NCBI GenBank assembly: GCA_027319565.1
Contig: DAHVNA010000001.1
Location: forward strand, 139,526-203,525
Reading direction: 5' to 3'
Length of the DNA stretch: 64,000 bases
From: Elusimicrobiota bacterium
GTDB lineage: Bacteria > Elusimicrobiota > Elusimicrobia > UBA1565 > UBA9628
This document shows positions 49,904-59,281 of the stretch, piece after piece (position 1 is the stretch's first letter; the number at the start of each line of letters is the position of its first letter). The notes beneath the pieces were generated by a model that searched no databases, was not told the origin of the DNA, and saw nothing but the letters and a program-made list of their open reading frames with translations. The position numbers and the translations under genes were made by a program.

Positions 49904-50229
49904 AGACATGAGGGAAATATGGATAGTCCTCACAATGTGGGTAAAACATGAGGGGAAAGGTGATGAAGAATAAGTCTAATTTGAGAGAATAGAAATAAGT
50001 TTCTATTCTGTATTTATGCTTCCTCATCTCCGGCGGCGGCGATGATCTGACCCCGCCAATCTGGAAAGACGACAGCGGCCAAGAGCCTTTCTTCCCATTA
50101 TTTTGACCTTGAGCAACCCGAGGACCGCCTCCGGTTGGATATACGCTGGGATGAAATTTCCCGTCCCGCCTTCGCGGCGATTCAAAAGCTTAGGCAGGAA
50201 GATTGTGCCCGCCGCAAAATCTCCGCTTG

Positions 50230-51351
50230 CTACTTTAACAGCGACTTATGCTTGACGATAACGGCTTTTTCCCGCAAGGACTTGATATATTTGTCCATCA
50301 GCTTGTGGCTTTCGACGTCCATTAAAACTTCCTTAAGATAATTCTTGAATTTATCGAATTCCGGCTTTTCCGCCGCTTGATGAGATTTGACGCGGACGAT
50401 ATTGTAACCTTCGTCGTTTAAAAGCGGATCGCTGATTTGACCGACGTCTAGAGAAAAAACCGCTTTATCTAAAGCGGGCGGCAAGGCGCCCCTAGGAATA
50501 AACCCGATGTCCCCGCCATTGGGAGCGCTATTGGGATCTTCCGAATAAGTTTTAGCGATTTCCGAAAAAGTGGACGTTCCGTCCATCAACATGGCTTTAT
50601 ACTGATTAGCGTCTCTTAAGGCCCGCGTTTTTTCCGCTTTGGGATCGTTGGGGGATACGCGGACTAGAATTCGGGCCAGTTGAACCCGCTCCGATGTCGA
50701 GGATTTTACTCTTTCCACAGCCATCAAAAAATCTTGAGCGGCATATGGGGTCATTCCCGCCGGGGGTTCGGTGCTGCCGGAGGCGATGTATTGAGTGATC
50801 TCATTAAAATAAGCCTGAATTTCCGGGGTCGCTGGCGGTTCAACCTTTGATTTTACCTCCTGATCCAAAACTTTCTTGGCCATGACTTGTTTTTCAAGGC
50901 GTTTGCGGTATTGCTGGTAGGTGAGGCCCATGGCTTTAAGCTGTTTGTCGAAAGCGGCTTGGGCTTCTAGAGGGCTCAGCGGGTTTCCATTCTCATCGAC
51001 GTTAAAACGAGATTTTATTTCCGCCAGAGCCTTGTCGATATCATCTTGATGAATTTTAATTTTTAAATCCTTGCCGGCCTGATAGAGAAGCTGTTGATCG
51101 ATTAAATCATCAAGCACCTTGCCTTTTATTTGCTGGATGAAAGCGGGGTCTCTCATTGCCATGGGGTTGGACTGCGCCATATCGTTTAAGGTCGCGGCTA
51201 GTTCCTTGCGATAGCGCGACAAAAAAATCGGCGCGTTGTTGACGGTCGCGATGACGTCATCAACGCGGGCCGCTGTCGCCGATTTGAGAAAAATGAATGC
51301 GCAGGTAAAGCCTAAAACGGCGGTCAACAGTCGTCTATTTGAATTGTTCAT
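50230..51351 (-). CDS. SurA-like periplasmic chaperone/parvulin PPIase
   Basis: VIATVNNAPI, LDDLIDQQLL, AKTYSED..GGDIGF, LREKAVI. Confidence 0.9.
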   Translation of the reverse strand: MNNSNRRLLTAVLGFTCAFIFLKSATAARVDDVIATVNNAPIFLSRYRKELAATLNDMAQSNPMAMRDPAFIQQIKGKVLDDLIDQQLLYQAGKDLKIKIHQDDIDKALAEIKSRFNVDENGNPLSPLEAQAAFDKQLKAMGLTYQQYRKRLEKQVMAKKVLDQEVKSKVEPPATPEIQAYFNEITQYIASGSTEPPAGMTPYAAQDFLMAVERVKSSTSERVQLARILVRVSPNDPKAEKTRALRDANQYKAMLMDGTSTFSEIAKTYSEDPNSAPNGGDIGFIPRGALPPALDKAVFSLDVGQISDPLLNDEGYNIVRVKSHQAAEKPEFDKFKNYLKEVLMDVESHKLMDKYIKSLREKAVIVKHKSLLK

Positions 51352-52150
51352 CGAGTATCTCCACGGGGAACTTTTTTTGAAGCGATTGCAAGTAGTTGTC
51401 TAATTTCTGTTTTTCAAGAATTTGGATAAAACGATCTTTATATTTTTCAAAAACCACTTTATGCTGAGAGTCTTTGCGGATGACGTGATATCCAAATTTG
51501 GTCTTAATCGGCCCGCTGAGTTCTCCTACCCGCATTTGAAAAATGAGATCCTGAAGTTCGGGAATAATCTCTCCATAGAGGGCGGAAGGCATTTTCCCGC
51601 CTTTGACGGCCGAACCGCTGTCGAGAGAATATTTCCGCGCGAGCCGTGCGAAATTAGCGCCGCGGCGTATTCGCTTAAGAAGGGTTTCCGCGTCTTTTGG
51701 AGATGAAACTAATATCTGGCTAAAGACGACTTCATATGGATGTCTTTTCCAATAGGATTTCGCTTCATCTTCGCTGACCTTGGTGATGCGGGTATCCCTT
51801 AAGTTTTTTTCCCAATCTTGAATCAACAGGTATTTTAAGGCTTCGTGGAGGCGCAATTTTTCTTCTTCTTTGATTTTAGACGCTTCTTTTAGATATTCGG
51901 GAGACTCAGGTACTTTAGAGGCTTGCGCGGCGGCCAATTCTAATTTATCGCGGATGAGAATGTCCAAAAACTGTTTTCTTCCGTCCGGGGTCATCACGTA
52001 ATTTTGATACCCCGGGTCCACCTCGTTAAGGGCTTTTTGAAAATCCTCTTGGGTAATCGACAGAGGCCCTACCGTCGCGATCACGGCCTGGCGCTTCTGA
52101 CAAGCGGTTAGAGAAAAAACCGCCAGGCTGATTAAAAAAATCCTTCTCAT
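51335..52150 (-). CDS. PpiC-type peptidylprolyl isomerase lipoprotein (PrsA-like)
   Basis: Lipobox LTAC; QILV, FARLARKYSLD..GG, TKFGYHVI. Confidence 0.9.
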   Translation of the reverse strand: MRRIFLISLAVFSLTACQKRQAVIATVGPLSITQEDFQKALNEVDPGYQNYVMTPDGRKQFLDILIRDKLELAAAQASKVPESPEYLKEASKIKEEEKLRLHEALKYLLIQDWEKNLRDTRITKVSEDEAKSYWKRHPYEVVFSQILVSSPKDAETLLKRIRRGANFARLARKYSLDSGSAVKGGKMPSALYGEIIPELQDLIFQMRVGELSGPIKTKFGYHVIRKDSQHKVVFEKYKDRFIQILEKQKLDNYLQSLQKKFPVEILDEQFK

Positions 52151-52167
52151 AATCAGTATTTATCCTA

Positions 52168-55100
52168 TCATTTTTCAAAGAACGCGCCGAGCCACTCAAG
52201 AGCGCTTTGACCCTTAAGAGAAATGACGAGTCCGTCTCCCTGCTTGGAACTGGTAAAGCGAATATCTTGCGAATATTTTTGGGTCCAACGTTGAATCTGT
52301 TCCGGGGCGATTTTTGCGGCAGAGCCGAAAATCAGCTCAAGCTCGTTTTTTCGTTGGGAAATTTTGACGATTCCGATTTCGGCGGCCGATATTTTTATCC
52401 TAATGAGATTGAAAAGATTGATCACCGGATCGGGAAGAGGCCCCGCTAAGTCTTCCATTTCCTTTCGGATGGTTTCTAAATCCTCTTTTCTCGCGGAACT
52501 AAGCCTTCGGTAAAGTTCCAAGCGCTGCCTTTCCTCGGGGAAGTAGTCTTGGGGAATAAAGGCCGATAGCGGGAGATCTAGCGTCGTTTCTTCCGTTGGG
52601 AAGCGCGCGCTGGGGCTTTTCTTCTGGAGACTAGAGACTTCCTCCGTTAAAAGTTGGCTGTAGAGAGAAATTCCCACGTCGCGGACAAACCCGTGTTGGC
52701 GGCGTCCCAAAAGGTCTCCGGTTCCGCGAATCTCCATGTCTCGCATCGCCAGTTGCGCCCCGCTTCCCAAGTGGCCAAATTCCTTGAGCGCCTCAAGGCG
52801 TTTTTGCGCTTCTTCCGATATTCGGGAAAATTCCGCGTCCTTGGGATAAAGAAAATAGCAGAACGCTTTTTTTGATTCGCGTCCGATTCTCCCGCGCAAT
52901 TGATAGAGTTGCGCTAGTCCGAACTCATGCGCGTCTTCGACGAGAAGAGTGTTCACCGATGGAATATCAAGCCCCGATTCGATAATGGTAGAGGCCACTA
53001 AAACGTCAAATTTCTTTTTGTAGAAGTCCCACATCGCGCTTTCAATCTCAGAGCCTTTCATCTGCCCGTGAACGATGACAAATCGAGTCGACGGCATTAA
53101 ATCCTTGAGGTGATCCGTGGTTTCTTTCAGGGTTCTGACGCGGTTGTGAACATAATAGGCTTGTCCGCCGCGGGCGATTTCCTCTTCGATGGCGCTAATG
53201 ACAGTTTCTTCGCTCCAGGGCAAAATGCGCGTCGTAATCGGCAAGCGTCCGGCGGGGGCGCTCTGGATAAAAGAGAGAGATCTCAGTCCCGACAATGCTT
53301 GCCCGAAGGTTCGGGGAATTGGAGTGGCCGACAAGGAAAGAACGTCTAGCGTCGCGCGAAAGCGCTTTATTTTTTCTTTATCTTCGACTCCAAAGCGGTG
53401 TTCTTCATCGATAACAGCCAACCCCAAATCCTTAAACCGGATATCTTTTTGAAGAAGCCGCGCGGTGCCAATGACGATGTCGACACGCCCCTCTGTCAGC
53501 TTTTCAATGACGGCTTTTTGCTCTGAGGGGCTTTGAAAGCGGGTGAGAAGACCCAGGCTTATGGGATAATCGGCGAATCTTTTTGAAAAACTCCGGAAGT
53601 GTTGCTCGGCTAGGATGGTAGTCGGGACCAGAACGCAGGTCTGTTTGTTTCCCATCGCGCATTTAAAGGAGGCGCGCATCGCCACTTCGGTTTTTCCAAA
53701 TCCGACGTCTCCTAAAACTAAACGGTCCATCGGCTGGGGCTTGGACATGTCTTCTAATACCTCGGCAATTGCGCGCGCTTGATCGGGAGTTTCTTGATAG
53801 GGAAATTCTTCGGCAAACTCCCGTTCGAGGGGATTATCCTTGGGGAAGGCATATCCCGGAGATGAGGCGCGTTCGGCTTGGGTTTTAAGGAGCTTTTCGG
53901 CCAGTTCTCTGACGCCTTCCCGCACTCGTTCCTTGATTTCTTCCCAGCGTCTTTGATCGAGGCTTGAAAGACGCGGGCGCCCGGAAGAGCCCGAGACGTA
54001 TTTTTGTATGGCTGAGAACTCGCTCATCGGCAGATAGAGAACGGAGTCTCCGGCAAATGAAAGCCGGGCGCATTCAACCTGTCCAAAGCCGGGCGAGCGA
54101 ATCATTTGAAGCCCGCCGTAGCGGGCGATCCCATAATCGCGGTGAACGACATAGTCTCCTTTTTGAAGATCCGAAGAATGGAGGCGGATCGGAGAGGGAA
54201 TCGGGTAAGACAAGGCGCGGCGATATCTCCGATTGAAAATTTCCGAGGAGCTGTAGAAAGCGACTTTAAATTTCGGATGGATAAAACCGTTTCCAATTTC
54301 GCCGATCAAAAATTGGCAGCTCTCTTTGAGCGAATTGGGGAATATCTCTTGAATTCTGGAATTCTCGCCTTGGTTAAGACTGTAGATAAAAACCTTAAAT
54401 CCTTCTTGATTGAGTTTTTGAATTTCCTTAAACGCCTGTTCGGCGATTCCGTCCGTCGGCGGGTTGGATCTCGCCCCAAAATCGATATCTTGACTGGAGG
54501 TCTCAAGAAGGCGTCCCGCCCATATCCAACGCTTTTCGGGCGCGGTAAAATTTTCTGGCAGGACAAGACCGTCTTCCGCAATCCACAGCGCGTTTGAGAG
54601 AAAACTTTGACCGAGCCAATTCCATAATGGCGCGGAATCGATCTGGGCGCTTTCGGAAGAGGCGGGAACGGCTTGGGCTTTTAAAATAGTTCCAGAGCTC
54701 ATTTGCGTGCCGGGGTCAAAGGAGCGCAGGGAAGCGATTTTATTTCCATCAAAAAGAATTCGCGTAGGATTTTCGGAATTGGGGCTATAAAAATCAAGGA
54801 TCGCTCCGCGAATCGCGAAATCACCGGGAGATTCGACGAAATCCGAACGCAGGTAACCCAATTGGATTAAATTTTGAGCGGCTTCATCGCGATTGAGCGC
54901 GGTGTCAACAGAGAAAGCGAGAGTTCTCTGTCGGAAAAACTGCGGAGAGGGAACTTTGGCCTCCAGGGCTTTAAGATTTAAGACAAATAAAGCGGTGTCG
55001 GGATTAATGAGCGAAAGGTTTTTGAGCCTTTGCGGCTGGTCTTCTCCAAAAACAGCGGAGATTAATTTTAAATTTTTTGGAAACAAGGGAGTCAGCGCGG

Positions 55101-55260
55101 AAAAAGCGGAGTTGATTTCTTCAATGCGCTCTTCCTCGTTGACGAGAAACACGAGCGGACCGTTTAAAGCCGGGAGAAAAGAAATTTCTTTTTTGGAAAG
55201 ATAAAGTTGCGCGAGGTACGCCCAGGCGGAAGCGGTCGGCAGTCCGATCAGGCGCGGCAT
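52168..55260 (-). CDS. mfd: Transcription-repair coupling factor
   Basis: GDYVVHRDYGI, ETPDQ, GDVGFGKTEVA, DEEHRFG, SATPIPRT, QLRGRIGR, RDMEIRG. Confidence 0.97.
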   Translation of the reverse strand: MPRLIGLPTASAWAYLAQLYLSKKEISFLPALNGPLVFLVNEEERIEEINSAFSALTPLFPKNLKLISAVFGEDQPQRLKNLSLINPDTALFVLNLKALEAKVPSPQFFRQRTLAFSVDTALNRDEAAQNLIQLGYLRSDFVESPGDFAIRGAILDFYSPNSENPTRILFDGNKIASLRSFDPGTQMSSGTILKAQAVPASSESAQIDSAPLWNWLGQSFLSNALWIAEDGLVLPENFTAPEKRWIWAGRLLETSSQDIDFGARSNPPTDGIAEQAFKEIQKLNQEGFKVFIYSLNQGENSRIQEIFPNSLKESCQFLIGEIGNGFIHPKFKVAFYSSSEIFNRRYRRALSYPIPSPIRLHSSDLQKGDYVVHRDYGIARYGGLQMIRSPGFGQVECARLSFAGDSVLYLPMSEFSAIQKYVSGSSGRPRLSSLDQRRWEEIKERVREGVRELAEKLLKTQAERASSPGYAFPKDNPLEREFAEEFPYQETPDQARAIAEVLEDMSKPQPMDRLVLGDVGFGKTEVAMRASFKCAMGNKQTCVLVPTTILAEQHFRSFSKRFADYPISLGLLTRFQSPSEQKAVIEKLTEGRVDIVIGTARLLQKDIRFKDLGLAVIDEEHRFGVEDKEKIKRFRATLDVLSLSATPIPRTFGQALSGLRSLSFIQSAPAGRLPITTRILPWSEETVISAIEEEIARGGQAYYVHNRVRTLKETTDHLKDLMPSTRFVIVHGQMKGSEIESAMWDFYKKKFDVLVASTIIESGLDIPSVNTLLVEDAHEFGLAQLYQLRGRIGRESKKAFCYFLYPKDAEFSRISEEAQKRLEALKEFGHLGSGAQLAMRDMEIRGTGDLLGRRQHGFVRDVGISLYSQLLTEEVSSLQKKSPSARFPTEETTLDLPLSAFIPQDYFPEERQRLELYRRLSSARKEDLETIRKEMEDLAGPLPDPVINLFNLIRIKISAAEIGIVKISQRKNELELIFGSAAKIAPEQIQRWTQKYSQDIRFTSSKQGDGLVISLKGQSALEWLGAFFEK

Positions 55261-56169
55261 TTAGGTTAAGGCGACTTGGCGCGCGAGCTCTTTGAGAAAT
55301 GAGGATCTTAGGCTTGTGTCCTTGCAAAGAGACTTGAGATGCCGGGCCTGGCTTCCGTCTTCGCGGGCCAAGAAAACCCGCATTTCAATTCCCTCGGGCT
55401 TAATCTCGGCAAAGGCGCCCAGCGGAGTCGAGCATCCGCCGCCGACCAGGCGCAAGAATTCTCTTTCCCATTCAACCGCGATTCGGGTCGGCCCGTGATC
55501 GAGAATTTGAGAAAAAAGACGCAGATCGTCTTTGAGGCGGGATTCAATGGCCAAGGCGCCTTGCCCGGGGGCCGGGACCATCGCGTCAAGTTCAATGAAG
55601 TGAGCCAGGGGAATTTCCCGCTTAAGCCTCTTGAGTCCTGCGGCCGCTAAAATAATTCCGTCCAAGGATTTTTCTTCCAATTTTTTTAGCCGGGTGTCTA
55701 CGTTGCCGCGAAGAGGTGTTGTCGTCACTCCCGGAAAAAGGATTTTGGTCTGGATTTGTCTTCTCAGGGAAGAAGTGCCGATTTTGTGTTCCGCCTTAAG
55801 CTCTTTCCATTTAAGCCCGTCGCGTCCGATAAAAACGTCTTGCGGGTTTTCCCGTTCCGGGTAGGCCAAGATATGGAGTTCTTCCGGAATTTCAGCGGGC
55901 ATGTCTTTCGCGCTGTGGACGGCTAAATCAATTTCTTTTTTGAGCAGGGCTTCTTCGATTTCCTTGACGAACAGCCCCTTGGTCCCTTGGGGAGACAAGG
56001 AGGCGGCATGCGCTTCCTGGGGGGAATGATTCTGAAACAAATCTCCCGAGGTCTTGATGATTTTGAGTTCGGTTTCTACAGAGGGGTCTATTTCCTTAAG
56101 TCGGCTCTCAACCCAGTGGCTTTGGGCCAGGGCCAGGGGCGAGCCTCGCGTTCCAATTTTTAGCTTCAC
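55261..56169 (-). CDS. hemC: Hydroxymethylbilane synthase
   Basis: GTRGSPLALAQ, KGLFVKE, VHSAKD, GTSSLRR, RGNVDTR, GGCSTP. Confidence 0.97.
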   Translation of the reverse strand: MKLKIGTRGSPLALAQSHWVESRLKEIDPSVETELKIIKTSGDLFQNHSPQEAHAASLSPQGTKGLFVKEIEEALLKKEIDLAVHSAKDMPAEIPEELHILAYPERENPQDVFIGRDGLKWKELKAEHKIGTSSLRRQIQTKILFPGVTTTPLRGNVDTRLKKLEEKSLDGIILAAAGLKRLKREIPLAHFIELDAMVPAPGQGALAIESRLKDDLRLFSQILDHGPTRIAVEWEREFLRLVGGGCSTPLGAFAEIKPEGIEMRVFLAREDGSQARHLKSLCKDTSLRSSFLKELARQVALT

Positions 56170-56209
56170 TTAATCATTGTAGAAAATTCCAATTTTCTAT
56201 AATCACGAG

Positions 56210-57280
56210 ATGCCGCAAAAACCGTTTCTTAAATGGATCGAAATTGATTTAAAGGCCATTCGCTCTAATCTTGATTGGATTATTTCCGAGTCAAGGCCCC
56301 TGACCCAGGTGATGGCGGTTTTAAAAGCGGATGCATATGGGCACGGGATGATTCCCGTGGCGAGAGAAGCGGTCAAGGCCGGCGTTCCTTTTATAGGGGT
56401 TTTAAGCGTGGATGAGGCCCGGCAGCTTAGAAGCGCGGGAATTTCTCATCCTCTTTGTTTAATGGCGCCGATTTTGCCGTCCCTGGCCGAAGAGGCGGTT
56501 AAACTTAAAACTTCGGTGACGGTCGATAATCTGGAGCAGTTGCGCGCGCTCAATGCCAAGGCATCCTTTTCTCATCCCGTTTCCGTCCATATTGATTTGG
56601 ATTTCGGCCTTGGCCGTTGGGGAATTTCTCCGCGGCGGATAGCTTGGTTTGTCTTGAGTCTCAAGCGCTTTAAGAAAATCCGTTTTCAAGGCCTTTCCGC
56701 TCATATCGATTATATTCCCGGGAAAAACGCAGTCGAGGCGGAGGAAAAATTGCGCGATTTTAACCAGATCGCTCAGCGGCTTAAAAAAACGCATCCGGGT
56801 TTAATTTGTCATGCCGCCAATAGTTCTGTTTTTCTTGATTTTCCTCATTGGAGAATGGATCTGGCTCGAATCGGGAATTTAATTTACGGAATTAACGCCG
56901 CGAAATCAAAACCGGTTCCGCTTAAAAATCCCTGGCGCTTTCAGGCGCGAATCGTCCATATCCGCGCGATTGCCGCTGGCGAGTCCGTGGGATACGCGAG
57001 CGCCTACGTTTCTCCGAGGGAAATGAAGGTCGCGACCCTCTTGGCCGGATACTCCGATGGAATCACGATGGAGCCCGCCGAGAGGCTGATTCGCCTGGGT
57101 TCCGGCTTTGAGTATTGGGGAATGATGGGGAAAAACAAGACGCCGTTTATCGGCGGCTGCGGAATTTCCCATCTGCTGGTGGACGTTAGCGAAATTCCCC
57201 GCGCTAATGTCGGAGATATCATCACTCTTCCGGCGCGCCGCACTGCCGCTCATTCCCGGATTCCGCGGGTCTACATTTAA
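56210..57280 (+). CDS. alr: Alanine racemase family PLP enzyme (divergent)
   Basis: VLKADAYGHG (PLP Lys), HAANSS, GESVGY, GYSDG, RIPRVY. Confidence 0.8.
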   Translation: MPQKPFLKWIEIDLKAIRSNLDWIISESRPLTQVMAVLKADAYGHGMIPVAREAVKAGVPFIGVLSVDEARQLRSAGISHPLCLMAPILPSLAEEAVKLKTSVTVDNLEQLRALNAKASFSHPVSVHIDLDFGLGRWGISPRRIAWFVLSLKRFKKIRFQGLSAHIDYIPGKNAVEAEEKLRDFNQIAQRLKKTHPGLICHAANSSVFLDFPHWRMDLARIGNLIYGINAAKSKPVPLKNPWRFQARIVHIRAIAAGESVGYASAYVSPREMKVATLLAGYSDGITMEPAERLIRLGSGFEYWGMMGKNKTPFIGGCGISHLLVDVSEIPRANVGDIITLPARRTAAHSRIPRVYI

Positions 57281-57297
57281 TGATAGACAGCTCTCAA

Positions 57298-57365
57298 CTG
57301 GGTCTTTTGCCGGGAAAGCTCTAGGCCTTTTGGCCCTTGGGGTCTGTTGTATTGTTCGATACAAT
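57298..57365 (+). promoter_or_regulatory. Double GGCC-box promoter (copy B)
   Basis: CTGGGTCTTTTG (57298), CTAGGCCTTTTGGCCC (57321), TACAAT (57360); spacing identical to copy A. Confidence 0.7.
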
Positions 57366-57435
57366 GATAAGGCCGGATAAAACGGCGCGGGAAAGTGCTT
57401 AAAATCGCTTAACTCATATAAAAAGGAGAATTCCC

Positions 57436-59271
57436 ATCAAAAAAATAACTGCCTGGGCGCTGGCGGCGACGTTGACGGTTTTATCTCCGGGGCTTTCTTC
57501 TTATCAGGCCTTTGCGGCGGAATTTTCAGAACCAAATCCTGAAATTTCTTCTCTTGAGTTGCGCAATCCTTCCGCTTCTAATCCTCTCGGTCAAGCTCCT
57601 TCCATTGAAGAATTTCAAGACCTCTCTGTCGAGCCAAAAACTGGCGCGGTTTTGCCGGCGGCAGAAGCGGCGGAAACAAAGGTTTTAGAGTCCAAGCCTT
57701 CTCTGCCCCAGGCGCGCGCCTTACCCAAGAACACTGCGAAAACTGCGCCCGCTTTTTTCCCGACTCCGAAAGAATCTTTACCGCAAGGCCGCCGGTTTTT
57801 TAGGAGTCTTGTCAAAAAGATTTCCGGTGTATCCCCGGCGTCAAGAAAAATTTCACTGGGCGTTCTTAACCGCCTCTTTGATCGGCAAAAAAAATCCAGG
57901 TCTTTATCTCTTCCAAGCGTTCAAGATATTTCAAGACCTTCAGCTCACAATCTCGCGCTTAAAGCGGGGCTTTCCGGCGGTGTTGAAAAGCCCGAAGTTC
58001 GACTGCCCATTGAAAGCGCGGGAAACTTGGAAGACGCTCCTTCGCCCAGAAAATTTAAATGGCTGAGAGAAATTCAAGAGTTGCCTTCCCAATTTTTGTG
58101 GAAATATGTTCCGGGTTGGTCTATCGCCGCGATGGGGGGAGAAATGCAGGCGGTGGCTCTTCCGGTGTTTACCGCGCAGGTCTTTGGCCTTTCCCAAGCC
58201 ATTATCGCTTCCGGCGTCAATTTGATTGCCCGCATTCCCGGCGCTTGGACCGGAGCTTTTTTTGTCGGCCATTTTAGCCCCAAGGTCATTAACAACGCCG
58301 CCTTGATTATTTCCGCTTTAAGCGGCGGACTTGTTCCCGCAGCCATTTTTCTTCATTTATCCCATGCCGCTCTTTTGGGAGCGTTTTTGCTGGGGTCGGC
58401 TTTGTCGGGGTTGGTCTACGGCGCGACGCGGGGAGTGACCGAGAATTTAATTCCTCCGCTTTTGATTGCGGATAGGTCCCAGCGGGAATTTGGCCTTAAC
58501 TACGCCTATCAATGGGTGGAGTTGAGTTCGATTGCGATGGCGATGATTTCGGTCCCGCTTCTTCATGTTTTCGGTGGAAGCGTAATGCTGGGAATTTCCA
58601 GTTCCTTTTTCCTGATTTCAACTTTATTTTACGCTTCTTTAAAGCTACATAAGCCGAACGCTTCTCCCGCTTCTCCGGTAGCGCTCGATAAAACTTCCGA
58701 GAAAGGGCTTTCTTGGCGAAATTATGTTCCGTTTGTGTTCTTTCGCTTAATGCATTTTTCCCTGTATGCGGTTTTTGCCGCCGCCATTTCCCTGGGAATT
58801 CTTCACTCGGACAAAATGACCGGAAATATTATTGGGTCTTACGACTTTGGAAGCTGGGTGTTCGGGTTTTTAGCGACCATGGCTCTTCTTCCTAAAAAAG
58901 GGGAGAGGTCTTGGACATTTTTTGGAGTGGGGACGGCCTTGGCGTTTTTGTGGGCCAGCTCTCTTCTTTCCATACCCGCTTTATCGATGGTCCTTGCGGG
59001 GGTCATGGGCGGCATGATCATGATTAATTCCAACAAATGGATGAGTCTCTACCAAGAAAAACTGCATCAATCCAAACTCAAAAATCTCTCTAAATGGATG
59101 ATGACGGCTAGTATCTTGGGGACTCTCCCTATCTTTATCGCCGCCAGCCTAAGCCAAATTTTCCCCGCCTGGGCCGCTGTTTTGACGATGCCCCACATCA
59201 TCATCTTCGCCAATATTTTGGTGACGATCCTTGGGATTTTAACCCTTTTAGCCTTCAAATCCTCCCGCTAA
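57436..59271 (+). CDS. MFS-like transporter with signal peptide and about 200-aa low-complexity leader; probable ATC start at 57436
   Basis: About 12 hydrophobic segments in two halves; frame open upstream of TTG 57472 giving (M)KKITAWALAATLTVLSPGLSSYQAFA; AAGGAG 7 nt before ATC. Confidence 0.75.
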   Translation: MKKITAWALAATLTVLSPGLSSYQAFAAEFSEPNPEISSLELRNPSASNPLGQAPSIEEFQDLSVEPKTGAVLPAAEAAETKVLESKPSLPQARALPKNTAKTAPAFFPTPKESLPQGRRFFRSLVKKISGVSPASRKISLGVLNRLFDRQKKSRSLSLPSVQDISRPSAHNLALKAGLSGGVEKPEVRLPIESAGNLEDAPSPRKFKWLREIQELPSQFLWKYVPGWSIAAMGGEMQAVALPVFTAQVFGLSQAIIASGVNLIARIPGAWTGAFFVGHFSPKVINNAALIISALSGGLVPAAIFLHLSHAALLGAFLLGSALSGLVYGATRGVTENLIPPLLIADRSQREFGLNYAYQWVELSSIAMAMISVPLLHVFGGSVMLGISSSFFLISTLFYASLKLHKPNASPASPVALDKTSEKGLSWRNYVPFVFFRLMHFSLYAVFAAAISLGILHSDKMTGNIIGSYDFGSWVFGFLATMALLPKKGERSWTFFGVGTALAFLWASSLLSIPALSMVLAGVMGGMIMINSNKWMSLYQEKLHQSKLKNLSKWMMTASILGTLPIFIAASLSQIFPAWAAVLTMPHIIIFANILVTILGILTLLAFKSSR

Positions 59272-59281
59272 GTTTTCTCCG

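Noticed and set aside
50230..55260. mfd followed by two PPIases as a novel module
   Set aside because: mfd followed by PPIase/SurA genes is a common conserved arrangement.
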